Shown here in pieces: positions 10,084 to 19,324 of a stretch of DNA of 64,000 nt. Location of the stretch: positions 2,464,001 through 2,528,000 of the forward strand of contig CAVTTN010000002.1 of the NCBI GenBank assembly GCA_963737655.1, read 5' to 3'. Position numbers and translations under genes: made by a program. How positions within the stretch are numbered: position 1 is the stretch's first letter; the number at the start of each line of letters is the position of its first letter. This DNA comes from an uncultured Planctomycetota bacterium. Its GTDB lineage: Bacteria > Planctomycetota > Planctomycetia > Isosphaerales > Isosphaeraceae. The notes below the pieces were generated by a model, which saw only the letters and a program-made list of their open reading frames with translations, had not been told where the DNA came from and did no database searches.

Positions 10084-10328
10084 CTGGGGTGCATGAAATG
10101 CACCATCCCGGCATCGCTCGTGGATCGATCTTCGTAGGGTGCATGAAATGCACCATCCCGGCATCGCACGTGGATCGATCTTCGTAGGGTGCATGAAATG
10201 CACCATCCCGGCATCGCTCGTGGATCGATCTTCGTAGGGTGCATGAAATGCACCATCCCGGCATCGCACGTGGATCGATCTTCGTAGGGTGCATGAAATG
10301 CACCATCCCGGCATCGCTCGTGGATCGA
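10084..10328 (+). repeat. Tandem array of five 50-bp units, each starting with REP family A (GTAGGGTGCATGAAATGCACC)
   Basis: Units start at 10084, 10134, 10184, 10234 and 10284. The inter-REP sequence is identical except for one alternating T/A. Confidence 0.95.
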
Positions 10329-10342
10329 GACGAAGGGAAGTT

Positions 10343-10771
10343 GGTGCATTTCATGCACCCTACAAAGTCGCATCATCTCACGCAGGAGAGGGCCAATCGG
10401 CGGACGCGGCCGGCATCGACCCTCGCCCCGCGATCGCCGCCTCGTAGGGTGCATGAAATGCACCATCTTTGCATCTCTCGTCTATCGAGGCGAAGGCGGC
10501 CGAAGATGGTGCATTTCATGCACCCTACAAAATCTCATCATCTCACGCACGAGAGGACCAATCGGCGGACGCGGCCGGCATCGACCCTCGCCCCGCGATC
10601 ACCGCCTCGTAGGGTGCATGAAATGCACCATCTTTGCATCTCTCGTCTATCGAGGCGAAGGCGGCCGAAGATGGTGCATTTCATGCACCCTACAAAGTCG
10701 CATCATTTCACGCACGAGAGGGCCAATCGGCGGACGCGGCCGGCATCGACCCTCGCCCCGCGATCGCCGCC
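10343..10771. repeat. 165-bp-period REPIN array (inverted family A pairs) containing copies of the mfnB 3' end
   Basis: Reverse REPs at 10343, 10508 and 10673; forward REPs at 10444 and 10609. Confidence 0.95.
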
Positions 10772-11383
10772 GAGGCAGGCCGCCCCCCGGACGGCGAACA
10801 GGTCGGGCCCGAGCCGGCGGAGGCGCTCGATCGTCGCCTCGTCCAGCCCCCCGGCCAGGGCGACGAGGCCGCCGAAGGCGTTCACTCCTCGGAGGAGGTC
10901 AAGCCAGGAACAATCGCCCCAATTCGCCGGCACCTGTTTATTCCAGGTATCGACGAGGACGCCCGCGCAGCCCGCTTCCTCGGCCTCGGCGATGATGGCC
11001 GCCGGCTCGGGCGACCCGGCGGCCCGCCAGTCGGCATAGACGACCGCGACCCAGCCGGACGGGCCGCCCCAGGCGTCCCGGAGCGTCTTCCACTCGGAGG
11101 CCCAGCCCGGACCGGCGCCCGCCAGGCCGACCTTGCGGAAGGCGATCCCCGCGAACGCCTCCGGTGGCGGGGCCCTCCGGCCTCGCCACTCGACCAGCTC
11201 GCCCAAAGCCACGCTCACCGGGATTTCCGAGGGCACGGCCCGGCGGACGGCCCGCCACGTCGCCTCGTCGGCCCGTCCGAGAGGCCCCCGAGCTGGCTCC
11301 TTCACGTCGATGACCGCCGCCCCGCCCTCGACGGCCGCCTCGGCTTCCTCGGCCGACCGGACGCTCACCAGGAGCCCCGCCAT
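10703..11383 (-). CDS. mfnB: (5-formylfuran-3-yl)methyl phosphate synthase (DUF556)
   Basis: LLVSVRS, IDVKEPARGPLG, VSVALGE, DTWNK, ALAGGL and AVRGAAC motifs. Confidence 0.9.
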   Translation of the reverse strand: MAGLLVSVRSAEEAEAAVEGGAAVIDVKEPARGPLGRADEATWRAVRRAVPSEIPVSVALGELVEWRGRRAPPPEAFAGIAFRKVGLAGAGPGWASEWKTLRDAWGGPSGWVAVVYADWRAAGSPEPAAIIAEAEEAGCAGVLVDTWNKQVPANWGDCSWLDLLRGVNAFGGLVALAGGLDEATIERLRRLGPDLFAVRGAACLGGDRGARVDAGRVRRLALSCVK

Positions 11384-11395
11384 CCCGGGCGCCCC

Positions 11396-11959
11396 CTACT
11401 CGGCCGAGGGGGCCGCGACGACCCGTCGCCGGTTCACCCAACCGATCACCCGTCGGCCGAGGAAGTCGAGGGTGAAGAGCACGGTGATCCCGATCAGGTC
11501 GGCAATCGCCGAATTCTTGAGGAACGGCAAGCCCTCGAAATAGCAGAGGGCCAGGCCCTGGGCCGAGGGCGGATAGAGCGGGTGGCCGACCGAAGCGACC
11601 TGAGGAGACGCCCAGACGGCCAGGTTGGTCGTCAGGAAGAACACCAACGACGCCCCCAGGGCCAGGCCGCCGCGTCGCCACGGGTCGGAGGACTCGCGGA
11701 GGAATCGGCCGGCAAGGACGACTCCGGCGAACGTGGCATAGATCGTCACGCGGACCAGGCCGAAGACCGGCCGCCCGCTGCCCCAGTCGATCCAGACGTC
11801 GGAAACCAGCATCGCGGCCAGGGGGACGAGCAGCGCCCATCGCCGGGGAAGCCTCGCCCCGGCATAAAGGGCCAGCGCCCCCATCGCCACGCCGCCCGGC
11901 TCGTGAGGCGCCAGGCGGGCAAGCGTCCCCAGGACGATCAACAGAATGGCGGTCGTCAC
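11396..11959 (-). CDS. DUF6580-like putative transporter (ECF S-component-like membrane protein)
   Basis: RLAPH...ALALYAGA, SD, FFLTTNLAVW, YP..GL..CY..GLPF pattern; about 5 TM segments. Confidence 0.75.
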   Translation of the reverse strand: MTTAILLIVLGTLARLAPHEPGGVAMGALALYAGARLPRRWALLVPLAAMLVSDVWIDWGSGRPVFGLVRVTIYATFAGVVLAGRFLRESSDPWRRGGLALGASLVFFLTTNLAVWASPQVASVGHPLYPPSAQGLALCYFEGLPFLKNSAIADLIGITVLFTLDFLGRRVIGWVNRRRVVAAPSAE

Positions 11960-11983
11960 GGCGAGGGCCTTTCGGTGCGATTC

Positions 11984-12046
11984 GGGGGAGTCATCCCCCC
12001 AGAGTATCGCGGATCGGCCCCAACCCGCAACTCGTCCGGGAGTGAT
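11984..12046 (-). promoter_or_regulatory. Candidate structured 5' leader
   Basis: Long G-U-rich hairpin on the minus strand with a competing GGGGGA/TCCCCC hairpin, about 25 nt before the start codon. Confidence 0.35.
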
Positions 12047-12075
12047 CGGTGGATTGTTGTGTTTTTACATGTCTC

Positions 12076-12136
12076 GTAGGGCAGGCCTCCGCCTGCCGTC
12101 CCCGGGCCCGACCCGGCAGGCCGAGGCCCGCCCTCC
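12076..12136. repeat. REP family C doublet (degenerate)
   Basis: GTAGGGCAGGCCTCCGCCTGCC ... GGCAGGCCGAGGCCCGCCCTCC. Confidence 0.85.
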
Positions 12137-12164
12137 GAGGGACGAAGAGAACGAGGCCGGAGGC

Positions 12165-12461
12165 TTAGACTTCGCCTTCTCGGGTGAAATGACGCCGATC
12201 GAACGGCAACAGGCCGGCTTCGGACTTCAGGACGGTGAATTCTCCGAGAGGGAGCCGCTCCCTCTCGACCGCGATCGCGAAAGGCCCGAAGCGACGGTCG
12301 GAAACGACCAGGAGCAACCGACCCGGTTCGGGCATTTCCCATCGGCCGTCCAGGCACTCGCCAGGGGCCGTGACCCGGAGCCGGCCGTCGGCCGAGAAGT
12401 CCAGGATGGTGTCTCGGTCGCGATCGACCCGAGGGCCGAGGTCCGAGGCGCCCGGGATCAT
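12165..12461 (-). CDS. Hypothetical protein
   Basis: ORF directly after the CAP gene, GGAGG upstream, protein-like composition. Confidence 0.45.
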   Translation of the reverse strand: MIPGASDLGPRVDRDRDTILDFSADGRLRVTAPGECLDGRWEMPEPGRLLLVVSDRRFGPFAIAVERERLPLGEFTVLKSEAGLLPFDRRHFTREGEV

Positions 12462-12483
12462 CGCGATTCCTCCGAACCTCCGC

Positions 12484-13419
12484 TCACTCCTTCTCCGCCG
12501 GCTCGCCCAGGAGGACGACCCAGCAGGGGATGCCGTCCTTGGTCCTGGCGACTCCCACGCCGACGTCGCGAAATCCCTTCTTGAGCAGGACTTTTCGGCT
12601 CTGTTCGGAATCGAGCCAGGACTTGGCGACCTCCTCGGGCGAGGTCTGGCCCATCGCGTCGCTCTCGCCCAGTTGCGCCCGGGCGCTGTAGCCGGCCTTC
12701 CTGGCGCGATCGTGGAGGGTCAGGCCGTCGTCGTCCTTCTGGACGAACTTGCCGGCCTTCGCCACCGAGTCGGCGTGGGTCTGGGCGGAGGCGGTCAGGA
12801 CCTCGTTGGCTTTGAGAGGGGGCGTGTCGTCGGCGTCGGCCCTGGCCTTGTTCAGGAGGGCGATCAGGGCGTCGCCGGCCTTCTTGGGGTCGAGCTGGGG
12901 CCAGGGCCGGCCGAACTCGACGCACCAGAATGGGATGCCGTCGTCATCCCGGACCATCGAGGCGCCGATCTCGGTGAAGTCGCCGAGGATGTTCGCCTTG
13001 TGAGGGGGGCTGTTCATCCAGTCCTTCATGACCTCGGCGGAACTCTCCTGGCCCTCGGCCACGTTCTCGCCGGCCCGTTGGAAGTGATAGCCGGCCTTCT
13101 GGACCCTCTGGGCGGGCGTCGAGCCGTCGAAGCCTTCGTGCTGCATCTGGTGGTGGTTGGCCATGTCCTGGGCGTGGGCCTTCGCGGCGGCCTCGAGCTC
13201 GGCGTTGGCCTTCAGGGGCGGGAGCTTCTCCTTGGCCCGTTCCTTGTTGTGGAGGGCGATCAGGGTCGTCAGGTCGAATTTCGACTTCGCCTTGCCCTTG
13301 GGCCGGGCCCTGGCCTTGGGCGGGTCATCGCGAGCGGAGGCGGGCTCCTCGAAGCGCGCGAGGAGGGTCAGGCCGAGGGCCACGGAGGTCATCCAGGCGA
13401 CGCGAGCGAAGGTCTTCAT
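12484..13419 (-). CDS. Secreted protein with two CAP/SCP domains
   Basis: HNKER...AHAQDMA...GENVA...WMNSPPHKANIL, a second diverged repeat, and a signal peptide. Confidence 0.9.
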   Translation of the reverse strand: MKTFARVAWMTSVALGLTLLARFEEPASARDDPPKARARPKGKAKSKFDLTTLIALHNKERAKEKLPPLKANAELEAAAKAHAQDMANHHQMQHEGFDGSTPAQRVQKAGYHFQRAGENVAEGQESSAEVMKDWMNSPPHKANILGDFTEIGASMVRDDDGIPFWCVEFGRPWPQLDPKKAGDALIALLNKARADADDTPPLKANEVLTASAQTHADSVAKAGKFVQKDDDGLTLHDRARKAGYSARAQLGESDAMGQTSPEEVAKSWLDSEQSRKVLLKKGFRDVGVGVARTKDGIPCWVVLLGEPAEKE

Positions 13420-13527
13420 GCACCGATTCTCTTCGGGAGACGGTCGTCAATCAAGCCTCGGGATGACGAAACCGCGAGAGGGTCGGCCCGGGAGGCGATC
13501 GAACGCTCCGGGCCGCCCTCGGGAGGG

Positions 13528-14154
13528 TTACTTCTTCGCCTTATCGCCATCCTTGTTCTTATCCTTGTCCTTGTCGCGATCCTTCGAGCCCTGGTCCTCA
13601 TTGGGGAGGATGCGGATCTCGTTGGCGTCGCCCATGAAGGTGCGGTGCCGGCCGTGCTTCATCGCGGCCTTGTCGTTCGAGTTCGACCCCGACTTGTCGC
13701 GAGTGGTCATGACGACCTCGACCCGGTCGCCGATCTCCAGCTTATCCCACGAGCATTCCTTCGCCTCGGAGGACTTGCCCGATTCGTCGCAGCACTCGCA
13801 GACCTTCGTCTTGGGGGAGAGCCAGACGAGATAGACGTTGTGGCGGCGCCGAGGCGAGTCGGTCGAGGAAGCGTCCTTCCTGTCCTTGTCGTTGTCCTTC
13901 CCGTCCGAGCCGGCCCACTCGGGGTGGCCGACGACGGTCAGGTAGGCGGCCTCGGCGGTCACGGCCTTGTGGGTCTGGTTGTCGATGATCGTCTCGCCTT
14001 CGACGGTCACCCCGGAGACGATCCCCCGGATCGTCTGCTTGCCCTGCGTCTTATCGGCCTTGTCGGACGAGGTCTTGTCGTCCCCGGCACGGGCCCCGGG
14101 AACGAATGCCATCGCCAGGACCAGGACGGACGCGGACGCGATCCGAATCCTCAT
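13528..14154 (-). CDS. Secreted hypothetical protein
   Basis: Signal peptide ending ARA, GAGG RBS, CECC cluster, KD-rich tail. Confidence 0.75.
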   Translation of the reverse strand: MRIRIASASVLVLAMAFVPGARAGDDKTSSDKADKTQGKQTIRGIVSGVTVEGETIIDNQTHKAVTAEAAYLTVVGHPEWAGSDGKDNDKDRKDASSTDSPRRRHNVYLVWLSPKTKVCECCDESGKSSEAKECSWDKLEIGDRVEVVMTTRDKSGSNSNDKAAMKHGRHRTFMGDANEIRILPNEDQGSKDRDKDKDKNKDGDKAKK

Positions 14155-14279
14155 CGGAACCTCCTCGGGCTGCGGGATTGGGAGGGGTGCTCGGGGCACC
14201 CGGCCGCGAGACCGGCTCTCGCGGCACGATCCCCCAACGCGGCAATTCCGATACCGGCCCGGGGGGCTTCACGAGACGT

Positions 14280-15275
14280 TCATCGGACGCCGGTGACGTT
14301 CAGATCGGCCGGATCGAATTGGATGGTACACGTCGGGCCGTCGTCCTTCACGATCTTCTCGGCCACCACGCGGGTCATCGGCCCGAGGATGCTGAAGTGG
14401 TTCCCGCCCCGGACCGGCAGGGCATGGATCATCGGGTTCTTGGTCCTCTGGCCCATCGCCTGGAGCGCCAGCAGGTTGCCCGGCTGCTCGGTCCCCTCGA
14501 AGAGGAACGTCGGGCGATGGATCGACGACAGCCACAGGCCCGGGGAGCGGAGCTCCATCTCCTTGGGGTTGGCGAAGTCGAACGGCAGGTTCTCATCGCC
14601 GTAACCGGCGACGTTGTCCGCCGGCCCGAACGCGAACACGGCGCGGAACCGGCCGCTCATCTCGGAGGCGAGCAGGGCGAGCGTCCCCCCGGTGCTGTGC
14701 CCGCCGAGGTAGATCCTGGACGGATCGACATAGGGCTGAGCGGCGAGGAAGTCGGCGGCGGCGAGCAGGTCATCGACCTCGCCCAGGAACCCCTCCTGGA
14801 CCCCGGGGTTCCGATTCCCTCCGCGGAACGAGGGGTACATCGTGATGATCCCCCGGGCGCGGAAGGCGGTCGCGGATTGGTCGTCCCCCGGCTCTCCGGG
14901 GGTCCAGGCGGTGTCGCCGATGTCGTTGCCGAAGCCGCCGAAGACCCAGACGATCGCCGGATGCTTCGCGAAGTCGTTAGGGCGGGTCGAAAGATACGCG
15001 GCCATCGGCCCGGCGGGCGAGGTGTACTGGACGACCTCCAACACGCCCCCCGGCGGCGGGGCGACGGGCTGGCCCGGGGTCGATTGCCGGGTCAGCCGGG
15101 TCTGAAATCCCTGGCGGGCCTGGGCCAAAGTCGGCTCGCCCGGGTCCGGCGCCCACGACGAGGGCCGGGGCGGCGTCGCGCCCTTCGTCATCGCGGTGGG
15201 GGCCGGCGAGGGGAGCGATTCGATGCACCCGGCCAGGACGATCGGGGCGAGGACGAACAGGGAGATCGGCTTCAT
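14280..15275 (-). CDS. Alpha/beta hydrolase (S9-like) lipoprotein
   Basis: Lipobox LAGC; GGHSTGG nucleophile elbow; GGNHFS. Confidence 0.85.
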   Translation of the reverse strand: MKPISLFVLAPIVLAGCIESLPSPAPTAMTKGATPPRPSSWAPDPGEPTLAQARQGFQTRLTRQSTPGQPVAPPPGGVLEVVQYTSPAGPMAAYLSTRPNDFAKHPAIVWVFGGFGNDIGDTAWTPGEPGDDQSATAFRARGIITMYPSFRGGNRNPGVQEGFLGEVDDLLAAADFLAAQPYVDPSRIYLGGHSTGGTLALLASEMSGRFRAVFAFGPADNVAGYGDENLPFDFANPKEMELRSPGLWLSSIHRPTFLFEGTEQPGNLLALQAMGQRTKNPMIHALPVRGGNHFSILGPMTRVVAEKIVKDDGPTCTIQFDPADLNVTGVR

Positions 15276-15571
15276 GGAGAGGCTCGCGTCTCGGGGATCG
15301 GGGCGCGGGGGCAACGGCCAGAATGGGCCACTCGCGAGGATGCCACGTCCCGGGATCGCGGGCAAGCCGGTCGGTCCTTATTCTTTCAGAGAGGTCCATC
15401 GAGGCGAAACGGATTCGGATTGGCCTGGGTCGCGAATCGAGGGGTCCGAATTCCGGGTGGCCCCCTCATCGCCGAGGTCCCAGGCGCCGCCCTTGCCGGT
15501 TCGCCCCGATCCCTCCTACGATGATCGCGATTTCCCCCGATTCGCCGCGAGCCCGCCGAGGCCGACCCGCC

Positions 15572-16459
15572 ATGACCCGCCGCGACCGCCCGTTCACGCT
15601 CGGCCTCGTCCAGATGCGATGCTCGACCGACCCCGCCGCGAACCTGGCGAAAGCCTGTGACCTGCTCCGCCGGGCGAAATCCGAGGGGGCGACCGTGGCT
15701 TGCCTTCCCGAGCTCTTCCGCACCCAGTACTTCTGCCAGACCGAGGACCCCAGGACGTTCGACCTCGCCGAGCCGATCCCCGGGCCGTCGTCCCGGGCGC
15801 TGGCGGCCGTGGCGAGGGAGACGGGGATGGTCGTCCTCGGCTCGTTGTTCGAGAGGAGGGCGGCGGGCGTCTACCACAACACGCTCGTGGTCTTCGACGC
15901 GGACGGCTCGACCTCGGGCATGTATCGGAAAATGCACATCCCGGACGACCCGCTCTACTACGAGAAATACTACTTCACCCCCGGCGACCTCGGCTTCCAG
16001 GCCATCGAGACCTCGGCGGCGACCGTGGGGACGCTGGTTTGCTGGGACCAGTGGTATCCCGAGGCCGCCCGGCTCACGGCCCTCCGGGGGGCCGAGGTGA
16101 TCTTTTATCCGACCGCCATCGGCTGGCACCCGAAGGAAAAAGCCGAGTACGGCCCGGCCCAGCACGACGCCTGGAGGACCATGCAACGGGCCCACGCCAT
16201 CGCCAACGGCGTGTTCGTGGCGGCCGTCAACCGGATCGGCCACGAGGGCCCCGAAGACGGGGGGCTGGAATTCTGGGGAGGCTCGTTCGTCGCCGACCCC
16301 TTCGGCCGGATCCTGGCCGAGGCCGGGCCCGACGAGGAGACCGTCCTGATCGTCGAGTGCGACCCAAAACTCAGCGAGGAGACGCGCCGCCACTGGCCGT
16401 TCCTCCGGGACCGCCGGATCGACGCCTACGGCCCGATCGTCCAGAGGTTCCTCAAGTAA
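15572..16459 (+). CDS. aguB: Carbon-nitrogen hydrolase (N-carbamoylputrescine amidase-like)
   Basis: LPELF, YRKMHIPDDP, EKYYFTPGD, VCWDQWYPE and WPFLRDRR motifs. Confidence 0.85.
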   Translation: MTRRDRPFTLGLVQMRCSTDPAANLAKACDLLRRAKSEGATVACLPELFRTQYFCQTEDPRTFDLAEPIPGPSSRALAAVARETGMVVLGSLFERRAAGVYHNTLVVFDADGSTSGMYRKMHIPDDPLYYEKYYFTPGDLGFQAIETSAATVGTLVCWDQWYPEAARLTALRGAEVIFYPTAIGWHPKEKAEYGPAQHDAWRTMQRAHAIANGVFVAAVNRIGHEGPEDGGLEFWGGSFVADPFGRILAEAGPDEETVLIVECDPKLSEETRRHWPFLRDRRIDAYGPIVQRFLK

Positions 16460-16470
16460 GGATCGAGAGC

Positions 16471-16577
16471 TTCATCACGGAGGCACGAAGGGCACGGAGG
16501 AAGACACAAAGAGGTCCGGCCTTCCTTCCTGAGCTTCTTTGTGTCTTCCTCCGTGCCCTTCGTGCCTCCGTGGTGAA
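16471..16577. repeat. Long inverted repeat (CACGGAGGCACGAAGGGCACGGAGGAAGACAC family) between convergent genes
   Basis: Arms of about 40 bp. A half copy lies near 52686-52727. Confidence 0.85.
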
Positions 16578-16616
16578 TCCGGGTCAGCCCTTTCCGGGTC
16601 TTCGACCAGGGACGCG

Positions 16617-17201
16617 CTACAGAACGACCGGCACGGACCCGACGCGGAGGTTCACCACCACGACCCTCGCCAGGCTCCGCGATTCCTCCGGGAACGCCGG
16701 ATCGACCAGCCGGAGCCGGGCCAACTCGTCTCGCGAGGCGTCTGGCGGGGCATCCACGCTCTTGAGCAGCACAAGCTCCCCGGCCCCGAGGCGGACGGCC
16801 AGCCTCGCGGCGATGCTGTCGGTCGTCACGTCCCAGGATTTCGCGAGCGGCCGATCCGAATCGCGGTCGTCGTCGTCCAGCGGAAGTCGAGGCGCCAGAA
16901 CGGGGATGCGCCCGTTCGTGAAGAGCGGCTCGAGATCCTCGAACCGCTCGGCGACCTCCAGCCCCGGGACCATCTCCGCCACGACCCGGGCCGTCAGGTC
17001 GAGCGACCGGACCGCCAACGCGTGGGCCTTCACGGCCCCCAGGCCGAAGGTCCGGTCGAGCTGGCGAATCCAGTCCGCCGCCGGGCCTCCCCCGACGATC
17101 AAAACCGGCCGTTCCTGGCGGCGGGATTCGACGTAAGCCCGAAGCCTCGCAGGGAATTCGGGCCAGTCAAAAAGGCTGCCGCCGACTTTCACGACGATCA
17201 T
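16617..17201 (-). CDS. Amino-acid kinase family protein (MfnE/orf21-like)
   Basis: MIVVKVGGSL, GGGPAAD, SWDVTTDSIAA, LLKS and VDPAF motifs. Confidence 0.85.
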   Translation of the reverse strand: MIVVKVGGSLFDWPEFPARLRAYVESRRQERPVLIVGGGPAADWIRQLDRTFGLGAVKAHALAVRSLDLTARVVAEMVPGLEVAERFEDLEPLFTNGRIPVLAPRLPLDDDDRDSDRPLAKSWDVTTDSIAARLAVRLGAGELVLLKSVDAPPDASRDELARLRLVDPAFPEESRSLARVVVVNLRVGSVPVVL

Positions 17202-18238
17202 GGCTCGCCTTGATCCTCCGAGGCCAGCAACAGCAACGCCCAGGCGCATCCGGCGGCCGAGGCCACCGGCCCCCAGTCGTCGGCAAGGCTCAGAATCTCC
17301 CCGTCGAGGGCCATGACCCGCTCCGCCACCCTCCGACCGAGGAATTCCCCGGCACCGGCGAGTATGACCGAGCGAGGTTGCCCAAGTTCCGAGCCTTCGC
17401 AGGCCCTCCGGGCCGAGGCGACCAAACGATTGACGATCGCGAGGTCCGCCTCGGTGGCGAAGTCCTGGGCGTCGTCGGCCGAGAACCCCTGACGGTCGGC
17501 CCCGACCATCCGGGCCAGGCGGTCCCGCGATGCCTCGATCGTCGCGGGTCGGCCGTCGGCCGTAGCGACGTCGGCCGGGTCCTCGGGCAGGTCGCCCAGG
17601 GTCAGGTAGACGTCCAGGGTGGTCGCGAACAGCTCGGCGGCCAGGCCGATCGGTCCCCCTCGCCACCGGAGCTCGGTCGCCAGCGAGCAGACCGGCGTCC
17701 GCCTTGACCCCACGTACACCAGCTCGCCGGATCGGAGCCGCTCGGTGTCGGTCCGGCCTCGGGGGATGGGCAATCCGTCTCGCAGGGGGATCAAATCGGT
17801 CGTCGTCGATCCCACGTCGATCAAAAGGGCCGGTCCCTCGGGGACCAGCCGTCCCGCCGCGTGGGCCAGGGCCAGCCAGTTCGCCGCCGCCGCGATCCAG
17901 GGGACTTCGAGGACGTCCTCGACCGAATGAAATCGCCCATCCGTTCCCCAGACCCGGACCGGAATCTCGGCGAAAACCTCCCTGGCGGCCCGGAGGACGT
18001 GGCGGACCCCTTCGGCCTTGGTCTCGAAGCAGTCGCAAAGCTCGGCCGTGGTCGTCAGCGCGACCCGATCGGCCGGAGGCAACGTCGCCACGAGCCTCCC
18101 GAGGACGTCGGCGAGGTCCTCGGGTCGCTTCCAGAGCGCGAACGGGACGCTCCGGGCGGCTCCCGAGGCGTGGGCCGCCTTGAGGTTCGCGCCGCCGATG
18201 TCCAGGGCGATCAGGGGACCTGGAGAAGTCTCGATCAT
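17198..18238 (-). CDS. Hydantoinase A family, H4MPT/methanofuran-linked (MfnF/orf9-like)
   Basis: DIGGANLK, TAELCDCF, AAANW, DVGSTTTD and TADGRP motifs. Confidence 0.9.
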   Translation of the reverse strand: MIETSPGPLIALDIGGANLKAAHASGAARSVPFALWKRPEDLADVLGRLVATLPPADRVALTTTAELCDCFETKAEGVRHVLRAAREVFAEIPVRVWGTDGRFHSVEDVLEVPWIAAAANWLALAHAAGRLVPEGPALLIDVGSTTTDLIPLRDGLPIPRGRTDTERLRSGELVYVGSRRTPVCSLATELRWRGGPIGLAAELFATTLDVYLTLGDLPEDPADVATADGRPATIEASRDRLARMVGADRQGFSADDAQDFATEADLAIVNRLVASARRACEGSELGQPRSVILAGAGEFLGRRVAERVMALDGEILSLADDWGPVASAAGCAWALLLLASEDQGEP

Positions 18239-18256
18239 GGGGGGAACCTCATCGCA

Positions 18257-19324
18257 TCACGAGGCCGGGAGAGAGCCGTCGGCGAGGAAGGCGATCGGAG
18301 GGCCGGGCAAGCGGCGAAGTTCGCCCGACTCGTCCTTCGCCCGAGTTGGAAAGGCCGATCCGATCGGACCGTCCGGGTCGATCGAGGCCAGCCAGAGAGC
18401 ACCGAGCGTTCCCGGAGGAAATCGACGCCTCAAACCCACGAACGAGGTCGTCGGCCTCGGGTTGATCTCCAGGACCGTGGATCGGCCGGTCCGAGGATTC
18501 CAGATCGCATCCACTCCGACAAGTCCCAGGAGGCCGGGGACTGCCAGGATCGCCCGCCGAGGCTCGTCGAGCGAACCATCTTCGGGCCCAACCACTTCCT
18601 CGCCGCCGAGATAGGAGAATCGGCCCTCGGTGCAGGCGATCCTCTGGCGGGTCTGGCCGATCGGCGTCGGGCCATCCGCCCCGACGATCCACGCCGACCC
18701 GCGAGGCTCGCCGGCCTCGAACGGCTGAAACAGGGCTTCGGGGAGGGCCAGGGCTTCGGGAGGCAGGTCGTCGGGGCCTTCGAGGAAGAACGTATCGATC
18801 GATCCGGCGCCGTCGATCGGCTTCAGGACCGCCGGATAGGCCGCATCGGCGGGCAAACCGAGGGCCGGGACGACCCGCAAACTCGGAGGGGTCGCAATCC
18901 CTCGCGATCGGAAATGCTCACAGAGCCGAAGCTTGTGGCCGGTCAGGGCGATGGCCTCGACGGTCGACCCGAGCGACCACCCGCCGACCGATTCGATCGT
19001 CTCGGCCCGATCGCGGAGGACGCCTCCGGTCTCGGGGGCGATGCAGAGGGTAAAATCCAGCTCGCGGGCCAGCCGGGCGAACGCCTCGGGCTCGCCTCCG
19101 GAACCGATTCGGACGGTTTGCCACGGTCCGGGTTCGGACGCAAGCCGTTCATCCAGCGTCATTTGGACCGACGCCCCCGGGAGGCTCGCGAACTCCTCAA
19201 CCAGCGCTCGCCTCATGGCCGAACCCTCGGCGGCGAGCGATTTCGGCAGGGGCGAGCCGGCGAATCCTCCCCCGGTCACGAATTCGTGGATCAATACCGA
19301 GAAAGGGCGGACGCGACCCCCCAT
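18257..19324 (-). CDS. ATP-grasp protein (MfnD / tyramine-glutamate ligase-like)
   Basis: HEFVTGGG, EGSAM, IAPET, KPIDGAGS and EINPRPTTS motifs. Start uncertain. Confidence 0.85.
   Translation of the reverse strand: MGGRVRPFSVLIHEFVTGGGFAGSPLPKSLAAEGSAMRRALVEEFASLPGASVQMTLDERLASEPGPWQTVRIGSGGEPEAFARLARELDFTLCIAPETGGVLRDRAETIESVGGWSLGSTVEAIALTGHKLRLCEHFRSRGIATPPSLRVVPALGLPADAAYPAVLKPIDGAGSIDTFFLEGPDDLPPEALALPEALFQPFEAGEPRGSAWIVGADGPTPIGQTRQRIACTEGRFSYLGGEEVVGPEDGSLDEPRRAILAVPGLLGLVGVDAIWNPRTGRSTVLEINPRPTTSFVGLRRRFPPGTLGALWLASIDPDGPIGSAFPTRAKDESGELRRLPGPPIAFLADGSLPAS

Noticed and set aside
10084..10771. CRISPR array
   Set aside because: The spacers are identical or derived from the adjacent gene, the repeats occur in both orientations and are dispersed through the window, and there are no cas genes.
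9429..11039. Repeat proteins with MVHFMHPT / WCISCTL / DGAFHAPY units
   Set aside because: These are translations of the REP arrays, overlapping real genes on the opposite strand.
11960..12075. Cobalamin riboswitch
   Set aside because: No recognisable B12-box or GGGAA/GCCACTG core, and the space is short. Kept only as an unknown structured leader.
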